In this document: in pieces, positions 37,461-45,688 of the stretch
How positions within the stretch are numbered: the first letter of the stretch is position 1
Layout: the number at the start of each line of letters is the position of its first letter
Assembly (NCBI GenBank): GCA_044867525.1
Contig: JBIOVB010000118.1
Coordinates: forward strand, 22,266-86,265
Direction of reading: 5' to 3'
DNA from: Acidimicrobiia bacterium
Lineage (GTDB): Bacteria > Actinomycetota > Acidimicrobiia > Spongiisociales > ZC4RG35
Length of the DNA: 64,000 nucleotides
Position numbers and translations under genes: made by a program
Notes under the pieces: generated by a model
The model's input: only the letters and a program-made list of their open reading frames with translations
What the model was told of the DNA's origin: nothing
The model's database searches: none

Positions 37461-38329
37461 GGCACGATTTGCTCGAGACGGGAGACGACGATGTCCGTGG
37501 CCCCCTGCTCCTTGAGCAAGGGGATCAGGGTCGGCAACTCGGAGCGAGGGACCGCGGCCTTGACCGCGAGGCCTTCTCCGTGATGAAGTGTTGCGATCGT
37601 CGGTTCCCGCATCGCGGGAAGGATCGACACCACCGAATCGAGATCGCCCCGGGCGACGTTGAGCTCGACCATGACCCTGCCCCGTGCCTGCAACACCGAG
37701 CTCAGGCTGAGGACCAGGGCGTCGATGGCGGTCTTCTTGACCGGGTTGTCCAGGGCGTTGGGATTGGCATAGAGGCGGGTCGATGAACGGAGCAACTCAT
37801 CGACGACGACCAGGCCATTTGCGGCCAGGGTCTCACCCGTTGCAGAAATGTCCACGATCACATCGGCATCCTCAGGTGGGAACACCTCCGTCGCGCCGTA
37901 GGAGTGGACGAATCCGGCATCAAGACCCTTGGATGAGATCCAGTCCCTGGTCAAACGCTCGTATTCACCGGCGACGACCAGTGGTTTGTCGGGCAGGGCG
38001 CCGTCGACCAGCAGGGACTCGGGCGCCGCGGCGACCATGCGCACCGGGTCGAGGCCGGTGTCGAGCAGTTCCACGAGGTCCGCGGACTTCTCTGCAACCC
38101 AGTCGGCGCCCGCAAACCCGATGTCCCGGGTTCCTGCGGCCAGCATCTCGACGATGTTCTGTGGTTTGAGGAGCTTCACCTCGAATCCGGGCACCGACAT
38201 CACGGGGCGATAGCCCCGTGGCCCGGCGCGTAACTCCATGCCGGCGGCAGCGAGCAATGCAGTCACAGCCGGCTCGATCCGCCCCTTGGGGACCGCGAGA
38301 TGGGTGATGGTTCCGTTTTTCGATGTCAT
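37457..38329 (-). CDS. hisG: ATP phosphoribosyltransferase, long form
   Basis: 290 aa including the C-terminal regulatory domain. First gene of the operon. Confidence 0.92.
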   Translation of the reverse strand: MTSKNGTITHLAVPKGRIEPAVTALLAAAGMELRAGPRGYRPVMSVPGFEVKLLKPQNIVEMLAAGTRDIGFAGADWVAEKSADLVELLDTGLDPVRMVAAAPESLLVDGALPDKPLVVAGEYERLTRDWISSKGLDAGFVHSYGATEVFPPEDADVIVDISATGETLAANGLVVVDELLRSSTRLYANPNALDNPVKKTAIDALVLSLSSVLQARGRVMVELNVARGDLDSVVSILPAMREPTIATLHHGEGLAVKAAVPRSELPTLIPLLKEQGATDIVVSRLEQIVP

Positions 38330-38370
38330 GCGGGCGCTTTCCCGCCGGTACAGCAGCGGGCTCCCCGATG

Positions 38371-38399
38371 ACGAGAAACGCCGACCGCTGGGGTCGGCG
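38371..38399 (-). terminator. attenuator hairpin CGCCGACC-CCAGC-GGUCGGCG followed by UUUCUCGU, between hisL and hisG
   Basis: 8-bp stem (7 G-C pairs), 5-nt loop, U-containing tail. Its 5' arm is complementary to the end of the leader ORF. Confidence 0.6.
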
Positions 38400-38433
38400 T
38401 GGGGAGGTGGTTGCCTTCGCTATGTGCCCACGG

Positions 38434-38490
38434 TCAGCCGACCCATGAAGGGTGGTGATGGTGGTGGGCGTGGGCGAACGGCCGTGTCAT
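38434..38490 (-). CDS. hisL: histidine operon leader peptide MTRPFAHAHHHHHPSWVG
   Basis: ATG ACA CGG CCG TTC GCC CAC GCC CAC CAC CAT CAC CAC CCT TCA TGG GTC GGC TGA. Six His in seven codons. 104 nt upstream of hisG. Confidence 0.7.
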   Translation of the reverse strand: MTRPFAHAHHHHHPSWVG

Positions 38491-38499
38491 GTCCCGGGG

Positions 38500-38527
38500 A
38501 GCATACGCGCTCAGATTGGGATGGCAA
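38500..38527 (-). promoter_or_regulatory. candidate his promoter TTGCCA-N16-TATGCT (minus strand)
   Basis: -10 TATGCT (38505-38500) ends 9 nt before the hisL ATG. -35 TTGCCA (38527-38522). Same hexamer pattern as the imuA' promoter. Confidence 0.4.
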
Positions 38528-38574
38528 GCGGGACACCGTCGTGTGACCGCCTCACCGTTACCCTTCACGCCCCG

Positions 38575-41103
38575 ATGACGAGAAAATTGCCGGAGAAGCC
38601 TGCCCTGGAGGGGCTCGAGGCCAAGTGGGCCCGACGCTGGGAGGACGAGGGCATCTACCGGTTCGATAGAAGCCGAGGCCGGGGGGAGATCTTCTCCATC
38701 GACACTCCGCCGCCCACTGTTTCCGGCTCCCTCCACATGGGCTCGGTGTTCGGGTATGTCCAGACCGATGCCATCGCCCGCTTTCAACGCATGCGAGGTA
38801 GGGAGGTGTTCTATCCGATGGGCTGGGACGACAACGGACTTCCCACTGAGCGACGGGTGCAGAATTTCTACGGGGTCCGCTGCGACCCCAGCTTGCACTA
38901 CGACCCGGAGTTCGCACCACCGGTCGAGCCACCCGATCCGCCGATTTCGATAAGCCGGCGCAACTTCATCGACCTCTGTCACGGGCTCACCGCGGAAGAC
39001 GAGAAGGTCTTCGAGGACCAGTGGCGCACTCTGGGGTTGTCAGTGGATTGGACCCAGACCTACGCAACCATCGACGAGCACAGCCAGCGCACCAGCCAGA
39101 AGGCGTTCCTCCGCAATCTGGCCCGCGGCGAGGCGTATTCCCAAGAGGCCCCGGTGCTCTGGGATGTCGACTTCAAATCGGCCGTGGCCCAGGCCGAGTT
39201 GGAGGACCGGGATCGACCGGCGGCATACCACCGCATCGCGTTCCATCGCGCCGACGGCGAGGTGATCCACATCGAGACCACCAGGCCAGAGCTGGTGTGC
39301 GCCTGTGTCGCCCTGGTGGCTCACCCCGAGGATGCCCGATATCAGGAATTGTTCGGGACCACCGTCACCTCACCCTTGTTCGAGGTCGCAGTTCCCGTCC
39401 TCTCCCACGAGCTGGCAGATCCCGAGAAGGGGAGCGGGATCGCCATGATCTGCACCTGGGGCGACACCGCCGATGTCACCTGGTGGCGGGAGCTCGACCT
39501 TCCAACGCGCAGTGTCATCCAACAGAGCGGCCGTCTGCGCGAAGACACCCCGGATTGGATCGAGACCGAGCTCGGCAGGCGGGCATACGGCGAGATTGCC
39601 GGCCTCTACCCGAATCAGGCGCAACGCAAGATGGCGGAGCTGCTTGCCGAGTCCGGCGACCTCGACGGGGAGCCGAAGGCGATCACCCACCCTGTCAAGT
39701 TCTACGAGAAGGGTGACCGCCCCCTGGAGATCGTCTCCAGTCGCCAGTGGTATATCCGCAACGGGGGGAGAGACGACGACCTGCGCCGCGATCTCCTGGC
39801 CCGAGGTGAGGAGTTGGACTGGATTCCCGCGTTCATGGGGGTCCGCTACCGGCATTGGGTCGAAGGCCTGAATGGTGACTGGCTGATCTCGAGGCAGCGC
39901 TTCTTCGGAGTCTCGATCCCGGTGTGGTACCCGATCGACGAGGGGGGTGAGCTCGATCTAGAGCACCCAATCGTCCCCGATGAGAGGGACTTGCCCGTCG
40001 ACCCGACGACCGATGCCCCACCCGGGTACGACGAGTCGCAGCGGGGTCAGCCCGGCGGCTTCGCCGGCGACCCCGACGTCATGGACACCTGGGCCACGTC
40101 GTCGTTGACTCCACAGATCGCCGGGCACTGGGACGACGACCAGGACCTCTTCGGGCGAGTCTTCCCCATGGACTTGCGACCCCAGGGGCCGGAGATCATC
40201 CGCACCTGGCTTTTCGCGACCGTGCTCCGCTCCCATAGTGAGCATGGTGCCCTGCCCTGGGCCCACGCCGCGATCAACGGATGGATCCTGGACCCCGATC
40301 GGAAGAAGATGTCCAAGTCGAGGGGCAACGTGGTGACACCGTCGCCCTTGATCGAGGAATACGGTGCAGAGGCCGTTCGCTATTGGGCGTGCAACGGCCG
40401 CCCGGGGGCCGACACCGCCGTCGACTACGGGGTGATGAAGATCGGTCGCCGGCTCTCTCTCAAGATCCTGAACGCCGCCAGATTCGTGCTCGGCTTCTCC
40501 GAGGATGTCGGCCCGTCGCAGGTGACCGAAGCACTCGATCACTCGATGCTGGCCGGCCTGGCTGCGATCGTCGAGGAGGCGACGGCCGCATTTGCAGGCT
40601 ATGACTATGCGAGAGCGATGGAAGTCGTCGAGGAGTCCTTCTGGGACTGGACCGATGACTATCTGGAGCTGGTCAAGGGCCGGGCCTACGACGGGGGAGG
40701 CCCCGGTGCCTCGGCGCATGCGGCATTACAGCTGGCCCTCGGCGCCTACCTCCGTCTGTTTGCGCCTTTCCTCCCCTTCGTCACCGAGGAGGTGTGGTCC
40801 TGGTGGCGCGAGGGCTCTGTTCATCTTCAGGCCTGGCCCACCGGTGAGGAGCTGGAGATGGATCGCGGCGGGGATCCCGCGGTGCTCGGTGCCATATCCG
40901 AGGTGCTCACCGCGGTCCGCCGCGCCAAATCGGACGCCAAGGCATCGATGGCCGCCGAGGTGGGATTGGTCTCGGTGACCGCCCCTGGGGACACGCTGGA
41001 GCTGATCCGGCAGGCCGAGATCGATCTCAAGGCCGCTTCCCGGGCCCGGGAGCTGGGCTATTCCCAGGGGGAGTTCACCGTGAAGGTCGAGCTCGCTGAG
41101 TGA
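38575..41103 (+). CDS. valS: valyl-tRNA synthetase (class I, archaeal-like subtype)
   Basis: ATG 38575, 842 aa. HIGH-type SLHMGS, GWDDNGLPTE, KMSKSRGN. The ORF-track start 38452 overlaps the his leader. Confidence 0.82.
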   Translation: MTRKLPEKPALEGLEAKWARRWEDEGIYRFDRSRGRGEIFSIDTPPPTVSGSLHMGSVFGYVQTDAIARFQRMRGREVFYPMGWDDNGLPTERRVQNFYGVRCDPSLHYDPEFAPPVEPPDPPISISRRNFIDLCHGLTAEDEKVFEDQWRTLGLSVDWTQTYATIDEHSQRTSQKAFLRNLARGEAYSQEAPVLWDVDFKSAVAQAELEDRDRPAAYHRIAFHRADGEVIHIETTRPELVCACVALVAHPEDARYQELFGTTVTSPLFEVAVPVLSHELADPEKGSGIAMICTWGDTADVTWWRELDLPTRSVIQQSGRLREDTPDWIETELGRRAYGEIAGLYPNQAQRKMAELLAESGDLDGEPKAITHPVKFYEKGDRPLEIVSSRQWYIRNGGRDDDLRRDLLARGEELDWIPAFMGVRYRHWVEGLNGDWLISRQRFFGVSIPVWYPIDEGGELDLEHPIVPDERDLPVDPTTDAPPGYDESQRGQPGGFAGDPDVMDTWATSSLTPQIAGHWDDDQDLFGRVFPMDLRPQGPEIIRTWLFATVLRSHSEHGALPWAHAAINGWILDPDRKKMSKSRGNVVTPSPLIEEYGAEAVRYWACNGRPGADTAVDYGVMKIGRRLSLKILNAARFVLGFSEDVGPSQVTEALDHSMLAGLAAIVEEATAAFAGYDYARAMEVVEESFWDWTDDYLELVKGRAYDGGGPGASAHAALQLALGAYLRLFAPFLPFVTEEVWSWWREGSVHLQAWPTGEELEMDRGGDPAVLGAISEVLTAVRRAKSDAKASMAAEVGLVSVTAPGDTLELIRQAEIDLKAASRARELGYSQGEFTVKVELAE

Positions 41104-41111
41104 GCCGCAGG

Positions 41112-41196
41112 GCGCAACGCCTCTAGAGTTGCTACATAAACACAACACAGTTGCACTATGATCCAACCTAAGGTAGTGTTGCGTGAATGGAGCAAC
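41112..41196 (+). promoter_or_regulatory. AT-rich spacer with GCAAC/GTTGC motifs, including two N9-spaced inverted repeats
   Basis: GCAAC-N9-GTTGC (41114-41132), GTTGC (41150-41154), GTTGC-N9-GCAAC (41178-41196). The last one brackets the satD ATG at 41187. Confidence 0.3.
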
Positions 41197-41834
41197 CCAA
41201 TCCAACGATGGTGGCTGCCCTGATCGGGGACATGGTGGGATCGCGCCACGCCACGAATCGAGATCAACTGCAGCGAGGGATGTCGGAAGTCCTGGAGCAG
41301 GTAGGAGCGGTCGTGGGCGGGGACCCGGTGTTCACCATCGGCGACGAGTTCCAGGCGCGTTTCGATACGCTGGCCGCCGCAATCGAGGCCTCGGCCCAAC
41401 TCCACGTTCGAAGTGTCCCCATCACCGAGCTCAGGATCGGGATCGGATGGGGGGAGCTGATCATGGACGACCCGCAGCGGTTCCCGTTCGGCCAGGACGG
41501 GCCTTGCTGGTGGCGGGCCCGGGAGGCGATCGAGGCCGTGGACCGCTCGGCTCGGAGACGTGGTGCCAGGGTGCGCACCGCCCTCAGGTCCGCCTCGCCA
41601 CTTGACGCGGTGCTCAACGGTTACCTGGTGCTCCGTGATACTTTGCTCGCCGGATTCGACGAAGTGGATGCCCTGATCGCCATCGGCCTCATCGACGGCC
41701 AAAATCAGACCGAAATCGCCTCTCAGCTCGAGATCAACAAGAGCTCGGTCAGCCGCCGAGCCCATACTCATGGGATCCTGGCCCTCGTCGAGACCCGGGA
41801 TCTCGGCAACCTTCCCCTTGAGGCCCGGCGATGA
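41187..41834 (+). CDS. SatD family protein (cyclase-like fold plus C-terminal HTH)
   Basis: 215 aa. N-terminal VAALIGDMVGSR pattern typical of SatD. C-terminal QTEIASQLEINKSSVSRR HTH. Followed by a DUF3307 partner. Confidence 0.65.
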   Translation: MEQPNPTMVAALIGDMVGSRHATNRDQLQRGMSEVLEQVGAVVGGDPVFTIGDEFQARFDTLAAAIEASAQLHVRSVPITELRIGIGWGELIMDDPQRFPFGQDGPCWWRAREAIEAVDRSARRRGARVRTALRSASPLDAVLNGYLVLRDTLLAGFDEVDALIAIGLIDGQNQTEIASQLEINKSSVSRRAHTHGILALVETRDLGNLPLEARR

Positions 41835-42187
41835 CTTGGGAAGAGCCCCTCCTCGTAGCCGGTGGTGCGCTCCTTCTGACACTGCCCTCGAACTGGGCGG
41901 TGCGGGCGGTGCTGCGACTGACTCGTCACGAAGGGTCGCCCGTCCAAAACCAGGCGGGACGCTGGATCGGAGTGCTGGAGCGTCTCTTGATCTACGTGCT
42001 GATGCTGGCGGGCGCCGCCGCTGCCGCCGGTCTGGTGGTGGCTGCCAAGAGCATCCTTCGGTTCCCTGAGATCAGCGCCAGGCCGGCCGCGATCGATCCC
42101 GAATACGTACTGGTCGGGTCCCTGGCCAGCTGGCTGCTGGCGTTCGGCGTCGGCGCCTTGGTTCTCGAGCTACTCGAGCTGCTCTGA
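41831..42187 (+). CDS. DUF3307 (SatE-like) small membrane protein
   Basis: 118 aa. 4-nt overlap with satD. GRWIGVLERLLIYVL...AAKSILRF pattern. Confidence 0.6.
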   Translation: MTWEEPLLVAGGALLLTLPSNWAVRAVLRLTRHEGSPVQNQAGRWIGVLERLLIYVLMLAGAAAAAGLVVAAKSILRFPEISARPAAIDPEYVLVGSLASWLLAFGVGALVLELLELL

Positions 42188-42292
42188 GCCTGCTCAGGAA
42201 CACGGTTGCCTACAGCCACAGAATTAGCCTCCGGTTGTCGATAAGACGACAGTCCGGCGGGCCGGACGAATAGGCCACAAGAGGAGAGACAA

Positions 42293-42925
42293 GTGCTCGA
42301 TGGGCTCGTGGAATGGGTCACGTCGATTGTGGAGAGCCTCGGGTACTGGGGCGTGGCCGCTCTTGTCGCCTTGGAGAACCTGTTCCCTCCCATCCCTTCG
42401 GAGGTTGTGCTCCCACTGGCCGGCTTCGTCGCAGTCGAGGGCGATGCCTCGTTGGTGGGCATGATCATCGCCGCCACCATCGGTTCCATGGTGGGGGCCT
42501 ACGCCCTGTATGGGATTGCGGCGGCAATCGGCCCGGTGCGCCTCCGCGGCCTGGTGGCACGGCACGGGAAGTGGTTCGGGCTCGACGAGAGCGACCTGGA
42601 CAAGTCGGAGGAGTGGTTCGACCGGCGCGCCTCCATGGCCGTTCTCGTGTGCCGCTGCATCCCATTGATGAGATCCTTGATATCGATACCGGCCGGACTT
42701 CGTCGCATGCCGCTGATTCCGTTCACGCTCTACACCCTGGTGGGCAGCCTGGTCTGGAATGTCTTGCTCATCGGTGCCGGGTACCTGCTCGGCGAGCGGT
42801 ATCAACAGGTGGAAGAGCCGTTGGAGCTCTTCCAGAAGTTGGTCCTGGTCGTGCTTGGCGTGGCCATCGCCTGGTTCGTCTGGCGACGCATCGTGCGGCC
42901 CCGCGTAAGGCGTGCCGAGGTCTGA
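42293..42925 (+). CDS. DedA family membrane protein
   Basis: 210 aa. ALENLFPPIPSEVVLPLAGF SNARE-associated/DedA signature. Confidence 0.85.
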   Translation: MLDGLVEWVTSIVESLGYWGVAALVALENLFPPIPSEVVLPLAGFVAVEGDASLVGMIIAATIGSMVGAYALYGIAAAIGPVRLRGLVARHGKWFGLDESDLDKSEEWFDRRASMAVLVCRCIPLMRSLISIPAGLRRMPLIPFTLYTLVGSLVWNVLLIGAGYLLGERYQQVEEPLELFQKLVLVVLGVAIAWFVWRRIVRPRVRRAEV

Positions 42926-42936
42926 CGGACACACCC

Positions 42937-43917
42937 TCAGCGGGTATAGACCACTACCCCATCCCGATCTTCATGCCGGATCCGCCCACCGAGGCGGAGG
43001 TGCTCCAGGTGCGACACGGTCTCCAGGAAGGCGAGGCGGGTCTCGAGCGGAGTGAGGTTGGGGCGGAACGACCTGAGCATCACGTCCCATGCCGTGGTGT
43101 TGGCCCCCCGGACCAGATCCCTCATGTCCACCAGGCGTCGGTCGTGATGGAGGACGATCTGGCGGATTCGGTCGTCGCCACGCTCCATGAGCGCGCCATG
43201 AGCCGGGTAGGTGACTCCGATGTCCATCCCGTGAAGCTTCCGCAACGAGCCAAGGTAGGCCCCGAGAGGGTCCTCCAATGCCTCGTCATACATGATCACG
43301 GGGGAGATCCTCGGCAGCACGTGGTCGCCCGAGAAGAAGATCCCGGTCCGGTCGTCCCGAAGGCAGATATGGGCCGACTCATGGCCGGGGGTGTGCACTA
43401 CCTCCAGCGACCGGCCGTTCCCGAGGTCGATGGTGTCCCCGTCCTCGACGGTGTGATCCGGCGGTTCGATGATCGGCATGTAGTCGGGGCGATCACCAAC
43501 TTGTCCCGGGAGGGCCTCCAGGATCGGCTGCGGGATCCCAAAGCGCCGTCCGATGCCAAGCAGGCGCTGCACATAGCCGGGCATGTCGTTGTACCGCTCG
43601 ACGAGCTTCGCTGCGTTCTGGTGCATCACGAAGCGACATCCCCACTCCCTCACCAAACGGGCGGACATCCCGACGTGATCGAGATGGAGGTGGGTCACCA
43701 CCAGGGTGTGAACCGAGGACTCGTCGAGGCCGAGTTGCCGGAACCCATCGCTGAGTGCCTTGCGCCCCGGGTCCCAATCGGTACCGCAGTCGAGCAGCAA
43801 CAAGCCGTTGCCGGCTTCGATCGCATAGGTGTTGACCCATCCCGGGCTGGCGAAGGGGAGCGGCGCCGGGATGAGATGGATCCCGTCGCCCAGTGAGACG
43901 GGAGGGGGGATGCTCAT
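42937..43917 (-). CDS. MBL-fold metallo-hydrolase
   Basis: 326 aa. VVTHLHLDHVG (HxHxDH) motif. Confidence 0.85.
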   Translation of the reverse strand: MSIPPPVSLGDGIHLIPAPLPFASPGWVNTYAIEAGNGLLLLDCGTDWDPGRKALSDGFRQLGLDESSVHTLVVTHLHLDHVGMSARLVREWGCRFVMHQNAAKLVERYNDMPGYVQRLLGIGRRFGIPQPILEALPGQVGDRPDYMPIIEPPDHTVEDGDTIDLGNGRSLEVVHTPGHESAHICLRDDRTGIFFSGDHVLPRISPVIMYDEALEDPLGAYLGSLRKLHGMDIGVTYPAHGALMERGDDRIRQIVLHHDRRLVDMRDLVRGANTTAWDVMLRSFRPNLTPLETRLAFLETVSHLEHLRLGGRIRHEDRDGVVVYTR

Positions 43918-44138
43918 CCGTGCTCGACGGGGTCCTTGATCCCGAAGGTGATGTCGAGCGTCACGGTGAACGAAGTCGGAGCTCCCGACTCGTCCACTTT
44001 CCCGCTCACCTCGACCACCTTGAAGTGTTGGATGTCCGAGATCGTCGCCGCGGCGCGGGCGAGCACCGTGCGGACCGCGTCCTCGATCGAGTCCCCAGCA
44101 TGGCCGGTGAGACGGATGGTCTTGGTTATCGATGACAT
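43914..44138 (-). CDS. dodecin family flavin-binding protein
   Basis: 74 aa from ATG 44138. The pattern ...GHAGDSIEDAV..VLARAAATI.DI..F.VVE..G... matches dodecins. 4-nt overlap with the MBL gene. Confidence 0.75.
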   Translation of the reverse strand: MSSITKTIRLTGHAGDSIEDAVRTVLARAAATISDIQHFKVVEVSGKVDESGAPTSFTVTLDITFGIKDPVEHG

Positions 44139-44222
44139 CTCTACCTCCAGAAGCCGACGGTAGCCGTGTGATACGGTGAGGAGCATGAGCGGCTCACCTC
44201 CAGTCAGAGGTGGGGCGACGCC

Positions 44223-45203
44223 ATGGTGACCTGGCGCGGGCAGCGCCGAACACTGACCGAGCTGAGCGAAGAGGTGTACCTCGACGTCGGCGATTCCGCT
44301 ACCAAGCGCTGGCGATTCGCGATCCTGCTTGCGCTGGCTGCGGTGATTGCAACAGCCGGTGTCCTCTCCGACTCCACGGCCACCGTCATCGGGGCGATGA
44401 TCGTGGCTCCGCTTGGGACGCCGATCATCGGAACTGCGCTGGGGATCGTCACCGGGAACGTCAATCGGGTGGCCGGCTCGGCGGTAGCCGTCCTGCTTGG
44501 AGCAATTGGGGTGGTTCTGATCGGCTGGGCGCTGGCAGCGATACTGCCCGAGCTGATCCCACTCACGAGCAACAGCCAGATTGCCGGGCGAACGTCACCG
44601 AGCTTGATCGACCTGGTCGCCGCAATCGCGACCGGGTTCGTCGGCGCCTACGGCCTGGCCCGCAAGGACATATCCGACGTCTTGCCTGGGGTAGCCATCG
44701 CCATCTCCCTGGTTCCACCGCTGGCCGTCGTAGGCATCACTGCACAAAGCGGGGATCTCGATGGCGCGTTCGGGGCATTCCAACTTTTCGCCTCCAACAT
44801 GTTGGCGATGATCGTGGCCGGTTCGATCGTGTTCACCGCCTACGGGTACGCGGCCGAGGCGCAGGAGACGCCCGGATTCCGGCGGCGGCTCGCATACTCC
44901 GTGGTGGCCGCGGCCACGATCCTGATTGCGGTGCCGATGACCATCACCACGATCGACACCGTGCAGGATCAGTCGGTCATCGACGGGGCTAGACAGGTCG
45001 CCGAGGAATGGGCTTCAGGGACCAACACCGTGGTGGTTCAGGCGTCATTCGACGGAGACGATCTCGTTCTCGTGCTCGAAGACACCGACGATCTGCCCGA
45101 GGGCGACCTTTTGTCTGAGCTCGAAGGAGCGGTCCCCTCGGGCACCAACGTCGTGGTCAATCACGTCAGCGGGGAGCGATACCTACTGGGGACCGTGGCC
45201 TAG
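44223..45203 (+). CDS. DUF389 family membrane protein
   Basis: 326 aa. VIGAMIVAPLGTPIIG segment typical of DUF389. Confidence 0.72.
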   Translation: MVTWRGQRRTLTELSEEVYLDVGDSATKRWRFAILLALAAVIATAGVLSDSTATVIGAMIVAPLGTPIIGTALGIVTGNVNRVAGSAVAVLLGAIGVVLIGWALAAILPELIPLTSNSQIAGRTSPSLIDLVAAIATGFVGAYGLARKDISDVLPGVAIAISLVPPLAVVGITAQSGDLDGAFGAFQLFASNMLAMIVAGSIVFTAYGYAAEAQETPGFRRRLAYSVVAAATILIAVPMTITTIDTVQDQSVIDGARQVAEEWASGTNTVVVQASFDGDDLVLVLEDTDDLPEGDLLSELEGAVPSGTNVVVNHVSGERYLLGTVA

Positions 45204-45628
45204 GCGTCCTCGTCGCCGGCCCAGGGTCCCACACCGTAGAAACGATCAACCGCCACATGGACCACCAGCCCCGGTGGGAAATCGCGGACCGGGAACTTCG
45301 CGCCGGGAGCGATGTAGTACTCAGCCAGGCGGTCCATGACCTCGAGTGCCCCTCCCTGGTCGATGCGGGCGGTGCCCTCGGCGACCAGATAGGGATGGAG
45401 ACCGGGCCCGGAGTGCTCGTGAGCCTGGAAGGAGATCGCAATCCGTTCGTCCCGTCGCAGGCACTCGATCTTGTGCTGATCGAAGAACGTGGACCAGACG
45501 AGCTCCTCTCCGTCGACGCCGACCCAGGCCAGTGTGACGTGGGGCGTGCCGTCCGGATCGATGGTGACGACATGGCCCAAAGGCCCGGTTGCGAGGAAGT
45601 CTCGAACTGATTGTGGGATCTCGGCCAT
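45200..45628 (-). CDS. PPOX-class F420-dependent oxidoreductase family protein
   Basis: 142 aa from ATG 45628 (MAEIPQSVRDFLATGPLGHVVTIDPDGTPHVT...). The longer 341-aa ORF overlaps the divergent gene. Confidence 0.75.
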   Translation of the reverse strand: MAEIPQSVRDFLATGPLGHVVTIDPDGTPHVTLAWVGVDGEELVWSTFFDQHKIECLRRDERIAISFQAHEHSGPGLHPYLVAEGTARIDQGGALEVMDRLAEYYIAPGAKFPVRDFPPGLVVHVAVDRFYGVGPWAGDEDA

Positions 45629-45688
45629 GACGGGAGGGTACGCCCCGTGATATGCCGTCTTGTCGCATGCGGGATTTAGGGTGACGCG

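Noticed and set aside
38434-38982. A 182-aa minus-strand ORF overlapping the valS start.
   Set aside because: Most of it is antisense to valS and low complexity. Only its last 18 codons, starting at an internal ATG, make biological sense as the his leader peptide.
45200-45203. The convergent DUF389 and PPOX genes share a palindromic CTAG as overlapping stop codons.
   Set aside because: It is a curiosity only. No functional implication can be supported.
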